DNA of 64,000 nucleotides. Source: an uncultured cyanobacterium. Its GTDB lineage: Bacteria; Cyanobacteriota; Cyanobacteriia; Pseudanabaenales; Pseudanabaenaceae. Position 1 is the first letter of the stretch, and the number at the start of each line of letters is the position of its first letter. The stretch is from NCBI GenBank assembly GCA_963703315.1, contig OY969811.1, forward strand, positions 224,001-288,000, given 5' to 3'. Both the position numbers and the translations under genes were made by a program. Positions 1 to 10,468 of the stretch are shown piece by piece. Below the pieces are notes generated by a model that worked only from the letters and a program-made list of their open reading frames with translations, searched no databases and had not been told where the DNA came from.

Positions 1-1140
1 GTGGGTAAGCGCCCGTTTTCAGGGATGCCGACAGAATTAATGAATGCTCATTTGAATCAGAGGGTGATTGTTCCTGATACTTTGCCCCAATCTCTACAAA
101 CGATTATTGCCCGATCGCTCGAAAAATTACCCAAAAGGCGATATATCTCGGCAAATCAGATGCGACTAGATTTGTTAAAAATCGTGCATTCTGAAGATTT
201 TAGCCAAATTGCCATAGATGCTGGCACAGAAAGATGTGGGACATTCTTTTTTGCTAAAAAATCTCAGCATTTCGCACAAAAAGATACACCTGATAAAATT
301 ATCGGACTGGTTGGAGCGGAAAAATCTCGTTTTTATACTACTTCCAGTTTTCATCTGCGTTGGCATAGCTTGTCACTGGATCAAGAAGAACAAATTGCCA
401 AATCTGAAAATGCAATTGAGGCGATCGCCTTTGGTCGAAAAACTTTATTTGCCGTAACTAAGGGAGCTATTTATCAGTTTGGACAGGGAAAACCTAAATC
501 CTTATATCAATCACCACAACCTTTTAAATGGGCAATTTCACCAAATGGGGATTGGTTTGCTGTTGCAATTGGCAAACAATTAGAAATACGCAACTTAGTT
601 TATAACCGAGCGATGCGCTTAGAGTTTGCAACTAGAGACTTAAGTTGCATCATTGCCTTTGATCGACATCATTTGTTAGCGATCGTCAATAAGCCTGAAA
701 CTAATGAAAGTCGAGCCATCGTCATTTCTCGACGTTGCAATATTATGTATCGGTTGTCTCTGCCCATTCCGATCGCCTCTGGTATTGCTACGTTTACTAG
801 CGATCGCGTCCTGTTACTAGAAGCAGATAATCGCAAAAATATATATTTGCTAGATCTCAAACCCTATCGGTTGATGCGGATACCCTTAGTCCATGAAGTC
901 TTATTAATGTCCGCGACTCCTTGGGGATATGCACTTACGGCAAATTACAACGATTATCAAACCGTTTTGATGTTGTTAGATTTACGGGGCAATAACATTG
1001 GTAATTTAATCATTGATGGTGAAGTTACAGCGATCGCCCCTATTGACGTTAATTTATTAGCGATCGCCACTTCTGAAATATCAGGCTATAGAATATATGC
1101 GATCAATCTCAAGAAGCTCGAAATTGATCTAGTTTTTTAG
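1..1140 (+). CDS. Ser/Thr protein kinase, 3' part (end of kinase domain plus beta-propeller-like C-terminus); gene starts before the window
   Basis: GKRPFSG...LMNAHL...IIARSLEKLPKRRY matches kinase subdomains IX-XI, followed by beta-strand-rich repeats. Confidence 0.75.
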   Translation: MGKRPFSGMPTELMNAHLNQRVIVPDTLPQSLQTIIARSLEKLPKRRYISANQMRLDLLKIVHSEDFSQIAIDAGTERCGTFFFAKKSQHFAQKDTPDKIIGLVGAEKSRFYTTSSFHLRWHSLSLDQEEQIAKSENAIEAIAFGRKTLFAVTKGAIYQFGQGKPKSLYQSPQPFKWAISPNGDWFAVAIGKQLEIRNLVYNRAMRLEFATRDLSCIIAFDRHHLLAIVNKPETNESRAIVISRRCNIMYRLSLPIPIASGIATFTSDRVLLLEADNRKNIYLLDLKPYRLMRIPLVHEVLLMSATPWGYALTANYNDYQTVLMLLDLRGNNIGNLIIDGEVTAIAPIDVNLLAIATSEISGYRIYAINLKKLEIDLVF

Positions 1141-1147
1141 ATGCTAC

Positions 1148-1188
1148 CAAAAAAGAAGGGCGGCGCAAAGCGCCGCCCTTCTTTTTTG
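1148..1188. terminator. Bidirectional terminator-like GC-AAA-GC palindrome between convergent genes
   Basis: AAAAAAGAAGGGCGGCGC-AAA-GCGCCGCCCTTCTTTTTT. Confidence 0.75.
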
Positions 1189-1192
1189 AGAA

Positions 1193-3439
1193 TTAAGTTT
1201 GTGAAGCTGAAGAACGCTTACGTCGTGAGGCTTCTGGTGATTGAATTGGCACAAATTCTCTAGAAACTTCCAAAGAATCTAACTTGATCTCAGTGTTGGC
1301 ATTTGCACCTAACTCAGTCGTCTCAGTTGACAATGGCTGCGCTCGATTTACTTTCAAAATGATCCCATTAGAAGCACCATTACCTGTACTAGGACTAGTT
1401 GTTTGATCATTTGCTTGACTAGTAACTACAGTGTCAGATTCATTGATTTCTGGCTCATCGCTCCTTGTTTCATTGATTTCTGATTCAGGAGATCGTTCTT
1501 CAAAATTGCCTTCAGGATGGACATCAGCCGTTGACCTCATCGAATTAGCAATCTTGGGAGCTTGCCCTGGTAGAGCAACTGTCACAATCACATTACGAGG
1601 ATCTTTGATTTCGCGATCGACCAATACTAAGGGAGATACGCCAATGAGTGAGTAGACATCCTGTTCTTCCTCAGTCATCTCCACCACCACTAATTCTGGT
1701 GGCTCAATCACTTTGGTGCGGATCTCTCGTTTATTGGGGCGCTCAGGTATATTTTCCGTAACTGCTACTGGTAAAGCCTCCACAGCCTCTACCGATTCCT
1801 CATGTGCCTCAGCAATTAACTTGTTTGGGGCAATACTTGGCAAAGATAGTTTCGTTGGTGCAGTCCGCTCAGCAACCACATCTCGCTCAATACGAGGCTC
1901 AAAGCGAGCTTCCGTCATTGATTCGATCCGTGGCTCAAACCGTGATTCAAGGCGCGATCGCACATCTACAGGAGCCACTTTTTCTGTTTCACGAGTATCA
2001 CGCGAATCCTTGAGTAATGCTCGCTTACCACCACGTCTACGCAGATTACTCCGTTCTTGATAGCTAGGATGGTTAACCAAGTTAGGCTCTAGACCACCAC
2101 CCAAATCTGAATCACCATCTTCATACTCAGAGGTGAAATCAAGCTGATTTGATTGCTTAGCTTCCCAAGTACGGGAGGTGGAATCCACAGGTTGTCCTAC
2201 CGCTTCTCCTGGTAAATGCATCAAATGTCCTAAACCACCACAGGCAGCACAGGGACGACCAAACAATTCGTAAATGCTCTGACCTTGGCGCTTGCGCGTT
2301 AGTTCGACTAGACCTAGCTCTGTAAGCTGAGCAATTTGAGGACGTGACTTATCCGATCGCAAAGCTTTATTAAAATGTTCGAGCAACTGCAACTGATCGC
2401 GGCGCGTATCCATATCGATGAAATCTACTACGATCACACCCGCAATATTTCGCAAACGGATTTGCCGCGCAATCTCTACCGCCGCTTCACAGTTTGTCCA
2501 CAAAACTGTCTCCCGTGAAGTTTGAGACTTAGTAAAGGAGCCAGAGTTAACGTCAATTACGGTCAAGGCTTCCGTCGGCTCAATGATGATGTAGCCGCCG
2601 CTAGGTAGATCGACTCTAGGCTTGAGTGCTTCTCGAATACCCGCATTCACCCGAAAATATTCTAAAATCGAGGTGCGCTCACGATGATGATCGAGCATCA
2701 AACCACTAGGAATTTTGCCATCGCCCCAGTTGAGTAAGTGCTGCTTAATCCGACGCAACCCATCACTAGTGTCAGTAACAATGCGATTCACATCACTGGC
2801 ATACAAATCACGCAATACACGCTGGACAAAATCCCGTTCGCGATCGAGCAAAGTCGGTTGGCGGGTAGTTGCCACATCTTGCTGAATGCCTTCCCACTGA
2901 CGTTGCAAATTATCAAGATCCTCAATAATTTGCTCCTCAGGCATTCCATCCGCCTCGGTGCGTACTAGTATCCCCATCCCCGCAGGTTTTATTAAAATTG
3001 CCAATGCTCGCAGACGATTACGCTCAGCTTCACTGCGAATCCGCCGCGAGAGATTTACGCCACGACCAAAGGGCAAGAGAACCACATAGCGTCCAGGTAA
3101 GGAAATATTTCCTGTCAGACGAGGACCTTTGTTACCCGTTGGTTCCTTCATCACTTGAACCAATACGCGCTGTTGTGGCACGACCAGATCGCTGATGGAG
3201 CCAGACGATCGCCGCATTTTTAAAGGACCTAGGTCAGTAATGTGAATAAAGCCATTGCGATCGCCATCACCAATATTCACAAACGCTGCATCAATACTGG
3301 TTAAGACATTTTCGACCACGCCCAAGTAGACATCCCCGACTTGGTGAGTTCCTGCGGCAACAACAATTTCTTCAATTTGATCTTCACTAAAAACAGCAGC
3401 AATTCGATACTGCTCGGCAATAATTATTTGCTTTGGCAT
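1193..3439 (-). CDS. rne: Ribonuclease E/G
   Basis: S1 domain, KGPRLTGNISL, VIDVNSG, IVVDFIDM, CxxC Zn-link, disordered C-terminus ending RRKRSSAS. Confidence 0.97.
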   Translation of the reverse strand: MPKQIIIAEQYRIAAVFSEDQIEEIVVAAGTHQVGDVYLGVVENVLTSIDAAFVNIGDGDRNGFIHITDLGPLKMRRSSGSISDLVVPQQRVLVQVMKEPTGNKGPRLTGNISLPGRYVVLLPFGRGVNLSRRIRSEAERNRLRALAILIKPAGMGILVRTEADGMPEEQIIEDLDNLQRQWEGIQQDVATTRQPTLLDRERDFVQRVLRDLYASDVNRIVTDTSDGLRRIKQHLLNWGDGKIPSGLMLDHHRERTSILEYFRVNAGIREALKPRVDLPSGGYIIIEPTEALTVIDVNSGSFTKSQTSRETVLWTNCEAAVEIARQIRLRNIAGVIVVDFIDMDTRRDQLQLLEHFNKALRSDKSRPQIAQLTELGLVELTRKRQGQSIYELFGRPCAACGGLGHLMHLPGEAVGQPVDSTSRTWEAKQSNQLDFTSEYEDGDSDLGGGLEPNLVNHPSYQERSNLRRRGGKRALLKDSRDTRETEKVAPVDVRSRLESRFEPRIESMTEARFEPRIERDVVAERTAPTKLSLPSIAPNKLIAEAHEESVEAVEALPVAVTENIPERPNKREIRTKVIEPPELVVVEMTEEEQDVYSLIGVSPLVLVDREIKDPRNVIVTVALPGQAPKIANSMRSTADVHPEGNFEERSPESEINETRSDEPEINESDTVVTSQANDQTTSPSTGNGASNGIILKVNRAQPLSTETTELGANANTEIKLDSLEVSREFVPIQSPEASRRKRSSASQT

Positions 3440-3774
3440 TCAATTTCCTCAGAATTTCTTCGATTCAAAAGAGCCAGTCTAAGAAAGAAAATATTTTTTA
3501 GACACATAACATATTAGAAAAATGTTTAAAAAAATATTTTCAGACCCTCAATAAACGAACCACAAGAGTCGCAATCGGGGCTGTAAAAGCGCACATACCA
3601 ATAACGAAAGCTAGAAAAATTTCGACCATATATGAATTGTCTGTACCTTAAACCAGTTACTGAGCTATGTACCGAAGCTCGTAATCAGTTGATGTGTCTG
3701 CTCTGACATCACGATAATCTAGACATATTGTTGTGTTCGGAATGGTTGAGATACCAAAAACTAAGTCGCTCTTA

Positions 3775-3824
3775 ACTTGTTGGTGAAGATAAATCACTTT
3801 GGCGAGCTATCTTCACCAACAAGT
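3775..3824. promoter_or_regulatory. 17-bp perfect inverted repeat in the long region upstream of rne (putative 5'UTR stem)
   Basis: ACTTGTTGGTGAAGATA-N16-TATCTTCACCAACAAGT. Confidence 0.45.
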
Positions 3825-4263
3825 AAATTCTAAATAAACTCTAAAAATTCTACAGGTTACTGGTACTAAGCATCGCCTATGCCCAGAAATCTGAAAGAGC
3901 AATACTCATTACGATGCAGTATGACTATAGTTGATGGAAAATTAACGGTTTCGTTAAAAGAATTAAGTTACTTCTTAGACTGGCATTTATTAGACTATCT
4001 AAAAGGTGATTACGCTATTTGTTGCCTATAGCATTCAGCCTATAGTTAAAAAGAGCGTACTTGATGATTCAAGTTTATGGCTATAAGCTCGGTTGCCTAA
4101 CTAGCAGCTAGACGCATTTAGCTAGCAGCTATTTTAAGCCTATCGTAGTATTATAGCCTAGCATTGAGCGTTACAATTTCTTAATAGTGTTTTAAGATTA
4201 TGTAGTTGTCCTTGAGAGACGGCTTTGTAGTCTCTCAAACTTTATGAAGATGAGGGTAAGTTT

Positions 4264-5610
4264 CTGAGTACGCGAGTAGTTATCGTCCGTCACGGCGAAA
4301 GTAATTTCAATATCCTGAGCAAAATCCAAGGACGCGGTAATTATGATCGCCCAGAATTGCAGTCCGTCTTAACTGATAAAGGCAAGCAGCAAGCCAAGCT
4401 CGCAGGAAAAGCCCTAGCCAATCTCGCAATTGATGTTGCCTATGCTAGTCCTTTAGTCCGTGCCAAACAGACTGCCCAGCTTATTCTATCTGAAAATTTT
4501 CATGCTCCTGCCTTAAATACTACTGATGGATTATTAGAAATTGATCTCAGAGAGTGGGAATCAATGCTTTTTGGTGAAATCAAAGAGCAGTTTCCTGAAA
4601 AGTATCATTTTTGGCAAAATGAAGCAGAGAAATTTCAACTAGGCGATCGCTACCCCATTGTTGACCTGTTCACGCAAGCCCAAGCTTTATGGGCAGAGAT
4701 TTTGCCTAAACATCAAGACCAAACAATTTTGCTAGTTGGTCATAGTGGCATTAATCGCGCTCTCATCTGCTCGGCGATCGGTATTCCCGTTAGTCTTTAT
4801 CACAATATTCAGCAAGTCAATTGCGCCATTAGCGTCCTTAATTTTCAAGGTGCAAGCATTGCAGACGGCGTACAACTAGAATCCCTCAATCTTGCCAGCC
4901 ATCTAACTGAAATCTCTGGTTCACCATTGCCTCCTGTGAGGAAAAGTCACAATGGACCACGCCTATTGTTAGTTCGTCATGGCGAAACTGAGTGGAATCG
5001 TCAAAAGCGCTTTCAAGGACAAATCGATGTCCCACTAAATAACAATGGTCATGCTCAAGCTAGACGTGCCAGTGAATTTTTAGCCAAAGTGAAAATTGAC
5101 AAAGCCTTTAGCAGTCCAATGTTACGCCCCAAAGATACGGCGCTCGAAATTTTAAGCAAGCATCCCCAAATCAAACTTGAGTTATTTGATGAACTCAAAG
5201 AAATTTCTCATGGTCTCTGGGAAGGTAAATTTGAACATGAAATCGAAGCTGAATTTCCTGGTCAACTTGCTGTCTGGCAGACTCAGCCCGAAACTGTACA
5301 AATGCCTGAAGGCGAGAATTTACAACAGGTTTGGGATCGTGTTGCTGTGATTTGGCAAAAAATTGTTGAGTCCGTACCCGCAGGTGAGACTGCTTTAGTT
5401 GTTGCCCATGATGCTGTGAATAAGGCAATTCTTAGTTTATTATTTGGCTTTGATCCTGACAAATTTTGGGTATTTAAACAAGGTAATGGTGGTGTGAGCG
5501 TAATTGATTATCCTGAAGGTGCAGAGGGTAAAGCTATTTTGCAATCTGGCAATATTACTACGCACCTATCTGAAGGCATTCTCGATCGCACCGCCGCAGG
5601 AGCTTTGTAA
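4264..5610 (+). CDS. Tandem-domain histidine phosphatase (phosphoglycerate mutase family); probable CTG start
   Basis: In-frame upstream extension STRVVIVRHGESNFN supplies the first RHG motif; second motif LLLVRHGETEWN; in-frame TAG at 4228-4230. Confidence 0.88.
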   Translation: MSTRVVIVRHGESNFNILSKIQGRGNYDRPELQSVLTDKGKQQAKLAGKALANLAIDVAYASPLVRAKQTAQLILSENFHAPALNTTDGLLEIDLREWESMLFGEIKEQFPEKYHFWQNEAEKFQLGDRYPIVDLFTQAQALWAEILPKHQDQTILLVGHSGINRALICSAIGIPVSLYHNIQQVNCAISVLNFQGASIADGVQLESLNLASHLTEISGSPLPPVRKSHNGPRLLLVRHGETEWNRQKRFQGQIDVPLNNNGHAQARRASEFLAKVKIDKAFSSPMLRPKDTALEILSKHPQIKLELFDELKEISHGLWEGKFEHEIEAEFPGQLAVWQTQPETVQMPEGENLQQVWDRVAVIWQKIVESVPAGETALVVAHDAVNKAILSLLFGFDPDKFWVFKQGNGGVSVIDYPEGAEGKAILQSGNITTHLSEGILDRTAAGAL

Positions 5611-5764
5611 TTCAAAACCAGTGATTTTTGGGGCGCGGCAAAGCCGCGCCCCAAAAATCGGTTCTTTATGCCATTTACTCCAAACCTTAAGAGAGACGCA
5701 TTTTCTGCTAATTTGGTGTAAAGGATTTATTTTGCTATTTTATTTTAGTAATCGGAGTTAAAAA

Positions 5765-5953
5765 ATGACCATCTTATTTCAGCTTCTATTAGCTGCTTTT
5801 GTGCTGTTTTCCTTCGTTTTAGTGATTGGTGTACCTGTAGCCTACGCATCCCCTAGCTCTTGGAATCAATCAAAGCCACTGTTATTCCTCGGCTCTTTGA
5901 TTTGGTTGGCTTTAGTAATTGTTATCGGCATTTTGAACTCTTTTGTAGCTTAA
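5765..5953 (+). CDS. psbZ: Photosystem II protein PsbZ
   Basis: 62 aa, two TM helices, [19 protein letters not shown]. Confidence 0.96.
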   Translation: MTILFQLLLAAFVLFSFVLVIGVPVAYASPSSWNQSKPLLFLGSLIWLALVIVIGILNSFVA

Positions 5954-6025
5954 ATTGTTGATGGAGCGCTAAGCGCTCCATCAACGAAAAAAAACTTTTT
6001 ATTTGTGACTTTTTAACCTAACTCT

Positions 6026-6514
6026 ATGACAGTTTTTGAAGGTAGCTTTACCAATACAGATAGTTTACGCTTTGCGATCGTGGTAGCTCGATTTAATGAC
6101 CTGATCGTCGGTAAGCTCCTCCAAGGCTGTCAAGATTCCCTATTGCGGCATGGGGTTGATGTTTCGGAAAATGGGAGCCAAGTTGACTATGCATGGGTTC
6201 CAGGTAGCCTTGAAATTTCATTAGTCGCTAAGGAATTAGCCGTTTCAGGTCGCTATGATGCAATTATTTGTCTAGGTGCGGTCATTCGTGGCGATACGCC
6301 CCATTTCGACTATGTATCTAATGAAGTATCTAAGGGTGTGGCAGCCGCTTCTATTCAAACTGGTGTACCAATTATTTTCGGGGTATTGACCACTGACACG
6401 ATGCAACAAGCCCTAGAACGCGCTGGCATTAAGAGCAATAAGGGTTGGGAGTTTGGCATGGGTGCGATCGAGATGGCAAACCTGATGCGCCAAATCCGCA
6501 GCAAATCTGCTTGA
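6026..6514 (+). CDS. ribH: 6,7-dimethyl-8-ribityllumazine synthase
   Basis: [26 protein letters not shown]. Confidence 0.97.
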   Translation: MTVFEGSFTNTDSLRFAIVVARFNDLIVGKLLQGCQDSLLRHGVDVSENGSQVDYAWVPGSLEISLVAKELAVSGRYDAIICLGAVIRGDTPHFDYVSNEVSKGVAAASIQTGVPIIFGVLTTDTMQQALERAGIKSNKGWEFGMGAIEMANLMRQIRSKSA

Positions 6515-6575
6515 AAGCCTACAAAATTTATAGAGAAAATTATATAGAAAAAATCTAAGCTAGAGGGAGATAACT

Positions 6576-6854
6576 ATGCAAGTTAAAGATTTGCCAATAG
6601 ATAGCTTAGTACCTATATATCCACCAATATCGATTAAAGATCACACTTTAAGCACCTTAATTGCAGAATTGGGCATTGAATGTCAAAGAGTACTAACTCT
6701 CATCCATCAGCTTCAATTACCAAATTTGAGTGATAGCCAGATTGTTAACGTATTAGCAGAGTTAAATACTTCAGCTATACATTTACAGGCTCATTGCGGG
6801 GATGATTTTCAGGATCTCATTGCTGATGAGTTAGAAAATATTCCCAGTGAGTAA
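6576..6854 (+). CDS. Hypothetical helical protein
   Basis: 92-aa ORF with GGAG Shine-Dalgarno; no recognised motif. Confidence 0.6.
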   Translation: MQVKDLPIDSLVPIYPPISIKDHTLSTLIAELGIECQRVLTLIHQLQLPNLSDSQIVNVLAELNTSAIHLQAHCGDDFQDLIADELENIPSE

Positions 6855-6856
6855 AA

Positions 6857-7300
6857 TCACACAACAAATCCTGCACTCTGCCCTTGTGAGGCTTGCCAAC
6901 TTCGGGCATCGTAGTATAAATCTTCTAAACAAATTTCATACAGAGCATCTTTGAACTTGCGATCAAGCCTTTGCCAGAGTGCAAATGTCACCCAATCTGA
7001 AGCTAAATTTTCCTGTGGTTTGAGTCTGGGTAAAGGATAGGTATCTTCGCCAACTGCTGACAAAATTTCGCCTAAGGAGATATCTCTAGGCGATCGCTTT
7101 AATTTATAGCCCCCTTGCACACCCCGCACTGATTCAATCAAATCTGCCTGACGCAGGGCGATTAAAATTTTTTCTAGGTATGGTGCAGGAATTGATTGGC
7201 GATCGCTAATTTCTCGAACAGATGCAGGCTTGCGTTTTGCCCAAACCACCAGATCGAGCATCGCCTTCACACTGTAATGACCTTTTCTGGTTAGTTTCAT
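6857..7300 (-). CDS. Rrf2-family transcriptional regulator
   Basis: MKLTRKGHYSVKAMLDL, PYLEKIL, SVRGVQGGY; start moved to ATG at 7300 because the upstream extension is repeat DNA. Confidence 0.9.
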   Translation of the reverse strand: MKLTRKGHYSVKAMLDLVVWAKRKPASVREISDRQSIPAPYLEKILIALRQADLIESVRGVQGGYKLKRSPRDISLGEILSAVGEDTYPLPRLKPQENLASDWVTFALWQRLDRKFKDALYEICLEDLYYDARSWQASQGQSAGFVV

Positions 7301-7378
7301 AAAAATCGCAAATTTAGATGGAGGCGTAAAGCGCCACCCCAATATTTTGATAGCGGCGCGAAGCGTCGCTATCAATAA

Positions 7379-7522
7379 TCAAAAAAGAAAAGATAAGTCA
7401 ACGGGCGCAGGTAACATCTCACCGCCGCGCCAATCGAGTACTTGTACCAAAATCAAATAACCCACACCCAAAACTACGGCGACAACGCCCGTTAAAACTG
7501 ATATCCACTGCGATCGCTGCAT
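7379..7522 (-). CDS. Small single-TM cyanobacterial protein, 47 aa (not in ORF track)
   Basis: Manual translation MQRSQWISVLTGVVAVVLGVGYLILVQVLDWRGEMLPAPVDLSFLF; resembles a conserved LLDxRGEMxPAP small-protein family. Confidence 0.75.
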   Translation of the reverse strand: MQRSQWISVLTGVVAVVLGVGYLILVQVLDWRGGEMLPAPVDLSFLF

Positions 7523-7785
7523 AAGTAAAAATAAGTAAATTTAAGTAAAAAAATCAAGCAAAAAAACTAAGGAAATCCATGAATTAGCAAAAACATCCTA
7601 ACTAACTGCTATTATCCCTCTTGAAATATCTTTAATATCAATGATTTAGGTACAACCTACAGTACTTTGAACTAATAACCGCAAATTTTTTAGAAAAGTC
7701 GCCCCAAGTAAGATTTTTTAAACAATCTGCGGTTTTAGTTAGTCTGCAACGTCCTAGATATAGAGTAAAGCTCTATTTTTTGATA

Positions 7786-7814
7786 GGAACAAACTTTTCT
7801 AATCCTCCGTCCTA
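7786..7814 (+). promoter_or_regulatory. Putative ECF (SigG) autoregulatory promoter
   Basis: GGAAC-N17-CGTCCTA about 65 nt upstream of the sigma start. Confidence 0.5.
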
Positions 7815-7879
7815 AAACTTGAACGAGTCACAGAATTTTTAAATGCTGTGCAGAGATCTAAGTCCAGTAGGAGTGATTG

Positions 7880-8539
7880 ATGAGTTATAGCCTATCTTGG
7901 TCAAACAGCATCGGCGGGTGTACGCCCTCCAACTCCGTGTCCGTTGATAAGCTCCCCATCGTCGAATTGGTGCAACTGTGCCAACAAGAAGCGCAAACTA
8001 GTAGGTCTGCGTTTGCAGAACTTATGCGACGTAATCAATCTTATGTCGATCAAGTTTTGTACAAACTGGCTCCCGACTGGCAAGATCGCGCCGACCTTGC
8101 TCAAGAAGTCTGGTTGCGCGTTTACCGTAATATCAAGCGATTGCAAGAACCTGAAAAGTTTCGTGGTTGGCTCAGCCGCATTGCTACGAACTTGTTTTAC
8201 GACGAATTGCGTAAACGTAAACGGGTTGGGAATTCTGTTTCTCTTGATGCACCATTTATGTCTGGTGATGGTGATGAGATGACTTGGGACTTACCTAGCG
8301 CTGCCCCTAGTCCGATCGACAATATGTCTACGCAAGAGTTTTATGAACAACTTCGCAGAGCCATTCAAGATTTACCTTCTAGTTTTCGTGAAACCATTGT
8401 GTTACGAGAAATTCAAGGTTTGTCCTACGAAGAAATTTCTGAATTAACAGGTGTATCGCTTGGTACAGTAAAATCACGTATAGCTAGAGCAAGATTGAAA
8501 CTACAAGCGCAATTACAACCCTATTTGTCCAATATGTAA
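7880..8539 (+). CDS. sigG: ECF sigma factor SigG
   Basis: DLAQEVWLRVY, WLSRIATNLFYDELRKRKR, GTVKSRIARAR; followed by an anti-sigma gene. Confidence 0.9.
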   Translation: MSYSLSWSNSIGGCTPSNSVSVDKLPIVELVQLCQQEAQTSRSAFAELMRRNQSYVDQVLYKLAPDWQDRADLAQEVWLRVYRNIKRLQEPEKFRGWLSRIATNLFYDELRKRKRVGNSVSLDAPFMSGDGDEMTWDLPSAAPSPIDNMSTQEFYEQLRRAIQDLPSSFRETIVLREIQGLSYEEISELTGVSLGTVKSRIARARLKLQAQLQPYLSNM

Positions 8540-8558
8540 CGAGGGGTGTATATAAATT

Positions 8559-9047
8559 ATGAGTGGTAACCAAATTTTTAACAGTTCTATGATTATTCCA
8601 GAGGAGCGCTTTGAGTTACTCAGTGCGTATATAGATGGCGAAGTAACTGAAGCTGAAGAGCAGCTTGTCGAACAATGGTTGTCCGATGATGCTGATTTTC
8701 GTCGCCTCTATCAACAACAACTAAAACTACGTCAATTACTGATTGATTTACCAGTCCCTGTCGCAGCCCATTCATCCGTAAAAGCAGAAACAGATGTGAT
8801 GATTAGCCGCGTCTTTGCGGAGATTGATAAGCGATCGCAGCAAAGAAAACGCAAACTAGCAGGCATTGGCATATCCGTGGCGGCAATAGTTGGCATAGTT
8901 GGTTCAATGTTTACTTTTAATTCAAATCCGCAATTTAGCCCCGTTGCGAACAGCATTAAACCTGCTGCTCCTGTGGCAGAAGAGCCAATTTTAATCGCGA
9001 TGGAGGAGCCACTTGTACCGCATCCTAAATCAATGAGTACTAAATAA
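8559..9047 (+). CDS. Transmembrane anti-sigma factor
   Basis: FELLSAYIDGEVT motif, single TM helix, directly downstream of sigG. Confidence 0.85.
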   Translation: MSGNQIFNSSMIIPEERFELLSAYIDGEVTEAEEQLVEQWLSDDADFRRLYQQQLKLRQLLIDLPVPVAAHSSVKAETDVMISRVFAEIDKRSQQRKRKLAGIGISVAAIVGIVGSMFTFNSNPQFSPVANSIKPAAPVAEEPILIAMEEPLVPHPKSMSTK

Positions 9048-9185
9048 ATCCTTAAAAAAAGCGTGCAAAGCACGCTTTTTTGATCTTTTTTGATCTTTTT
9101 AGGACGGTTTTCCGTCTAAATATAAACAGTAAAATCCTTAAAAATTTTTTGTAGAATCTAGATATTATTGGTCGCGGAAATAGCT

Positions 9186-10418
9186 ATGAGAGACTCAAAC
9201 AAAAAATCTCGTTACAAGCAACCCTTGATTTATGCCTCAATGCTGCTATTAGGTGTCATTTTAGGAGCTTGGGCAGTTGTGTCTGGAGTGCGATCGCCAA
9301 ATACAACCGTAGTTACACCTTTGCCACAGATTGCATCTGCATCGCCCGTATTAGCACAGGATGTTGATCGCAATAAATCAATTGCCGTTCCTCGTAACTA
9401 CGTTGTCGATGCCGTTAATCGCACGGGACCCGCCGTAGTCAGAATTAACGCCTCACGTACTGTTGCCAGTAATCAGCAAATTCCTCAGGAATTTTTAGAA
9501 GATCCGATGTTTCGTCAGTTTTTTGGCGATCAATTGAGACGGATGCCCAAAGAGCGTGTTGAGCGTGGCACTGGCTCAGGATTCATTATCAATAAAGAAG
9601 GTGACATTATTACCAATGCTCACGTTGTTAGTGGTGCTGATAAGGTGACCGTAATTCTTAAAGATGGTCGCCAAATTGAAGGCAAAGTAATTGGTAGTGA
9701 TGAATTAACAGATATTGCTGTTGTCCAAGTTAAATCTGATAACTTGCCGATTGTCAGTATTGGTAGTTCCCAAAACCTCCAACCAGGAGACTGGGCGATC
9801 GCGATCGGCAATCCTCTCGGTTTAGACAATACGGTTACGGCTGGCATTATCAGTGCGATCGGTCGTAAAAGTGGTCAAATTGGTGTGGATAAACGAGTTA
9901 GCTTTATTCAAACCGATGCTGCCATCAATCCCGGAAATTCTGGTGGTCCTTTGCTAAACCAAAATGGTGAAGTAATTGGTGTAAATACGGCAATTATTCA
10001 AGGCGCTCAAGGTTTAGGATTCTCAATCCCGATCGAAACCGCGCAGCGTATTTCTAAGCAACTAATCCAAAATGGTAAGGTTAGCCGTGCCTACTTAGGT
10101 ATTCAGATGGTGACCGTTGATCCAACCGTAAAGCGGCAGGTCAATCAAGACTCTGAGTTTGGAATTAAAATCTCTGAGGACAAAGGTGTACTGATTACCA
10201 GAGTTGTTGATGACTCTCCTGCGGCAAAGGCTGGTGCTAAGCGTGGTGACGTAATCGTTAAATTTGACGATAAAGAAATACTGACTGCGGATCAAGTTAC
10301 TCAACTAGTAGAAGATCGGACAGTCGGTGAAAAAATCCGTGTCGAAGTCAAGCGTAACGGTCAATCAGTTGCCTTAAATGTCGAAACTTCTCAGTTCCCC
10401 CAAAAATTCCCTAACTAA
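9186..10418 (+). CDS. HhoA/HhoB/HtrA-family serine protease with PDZ domain
   Basis: GTGSGFII, TNAHVV, DIAVV, AINPGNSGGPL, C-terminal PDZ; start may be TTG 9168. Confidence 0.95.
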   Translation: MRDSNKKSRYKQPLIYASMLLLGVILGAWAVVSGVRSPNTTVVTPLPQIASASPVLAQDVDRNKSIAVPRNYVVDAVNRTGPAVVRINASRTVASNQQIPQEFLEDPMFRQFFGDQLRRMPKERVERGTGSGFIINKEGDIITNAHVVSGADKVTVILKDGRQIEGKVIGSDELTDIAVVQVKSDNLPIVSIGSSQNLQPGDWAIAIGNPLGLDNTVTAGIISAIGRKSGQIGVDKRVSFIQTDAAINPGNSGGPLLNQNGEVIGVNTAIIQGAQGLGFSIPIETAQRISKQLIQNGKVSRAYLGIQMVTVDPTVKRQVNQDSEFGIKISEDKGVLITRVVDDSPAAKAGAKRGDVIVKFDDKEILTADQVTQLVEDRTVGEKIRVEVKRNGQSVALNVETSQFPQKFPN

Positions 10419-10468
10419 ATCTCTGTAGCAAAAGAGGGCGCAACGCGCCCTCTTTTGTTTATAAATCT

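Noticed and set aside
1431..3195. Short + strand ORFs inside rne, and similar antisense ORFs in pgi, the WD40 gene, nupC and thiC
   Set aside because: Shadow frames of well-supported genes with no motifs
7301..7375. N-terminal extension of the Rrf2 ORF
   Set aside because: Consists of two palindromic repeats; the family start is MKLT at 7300
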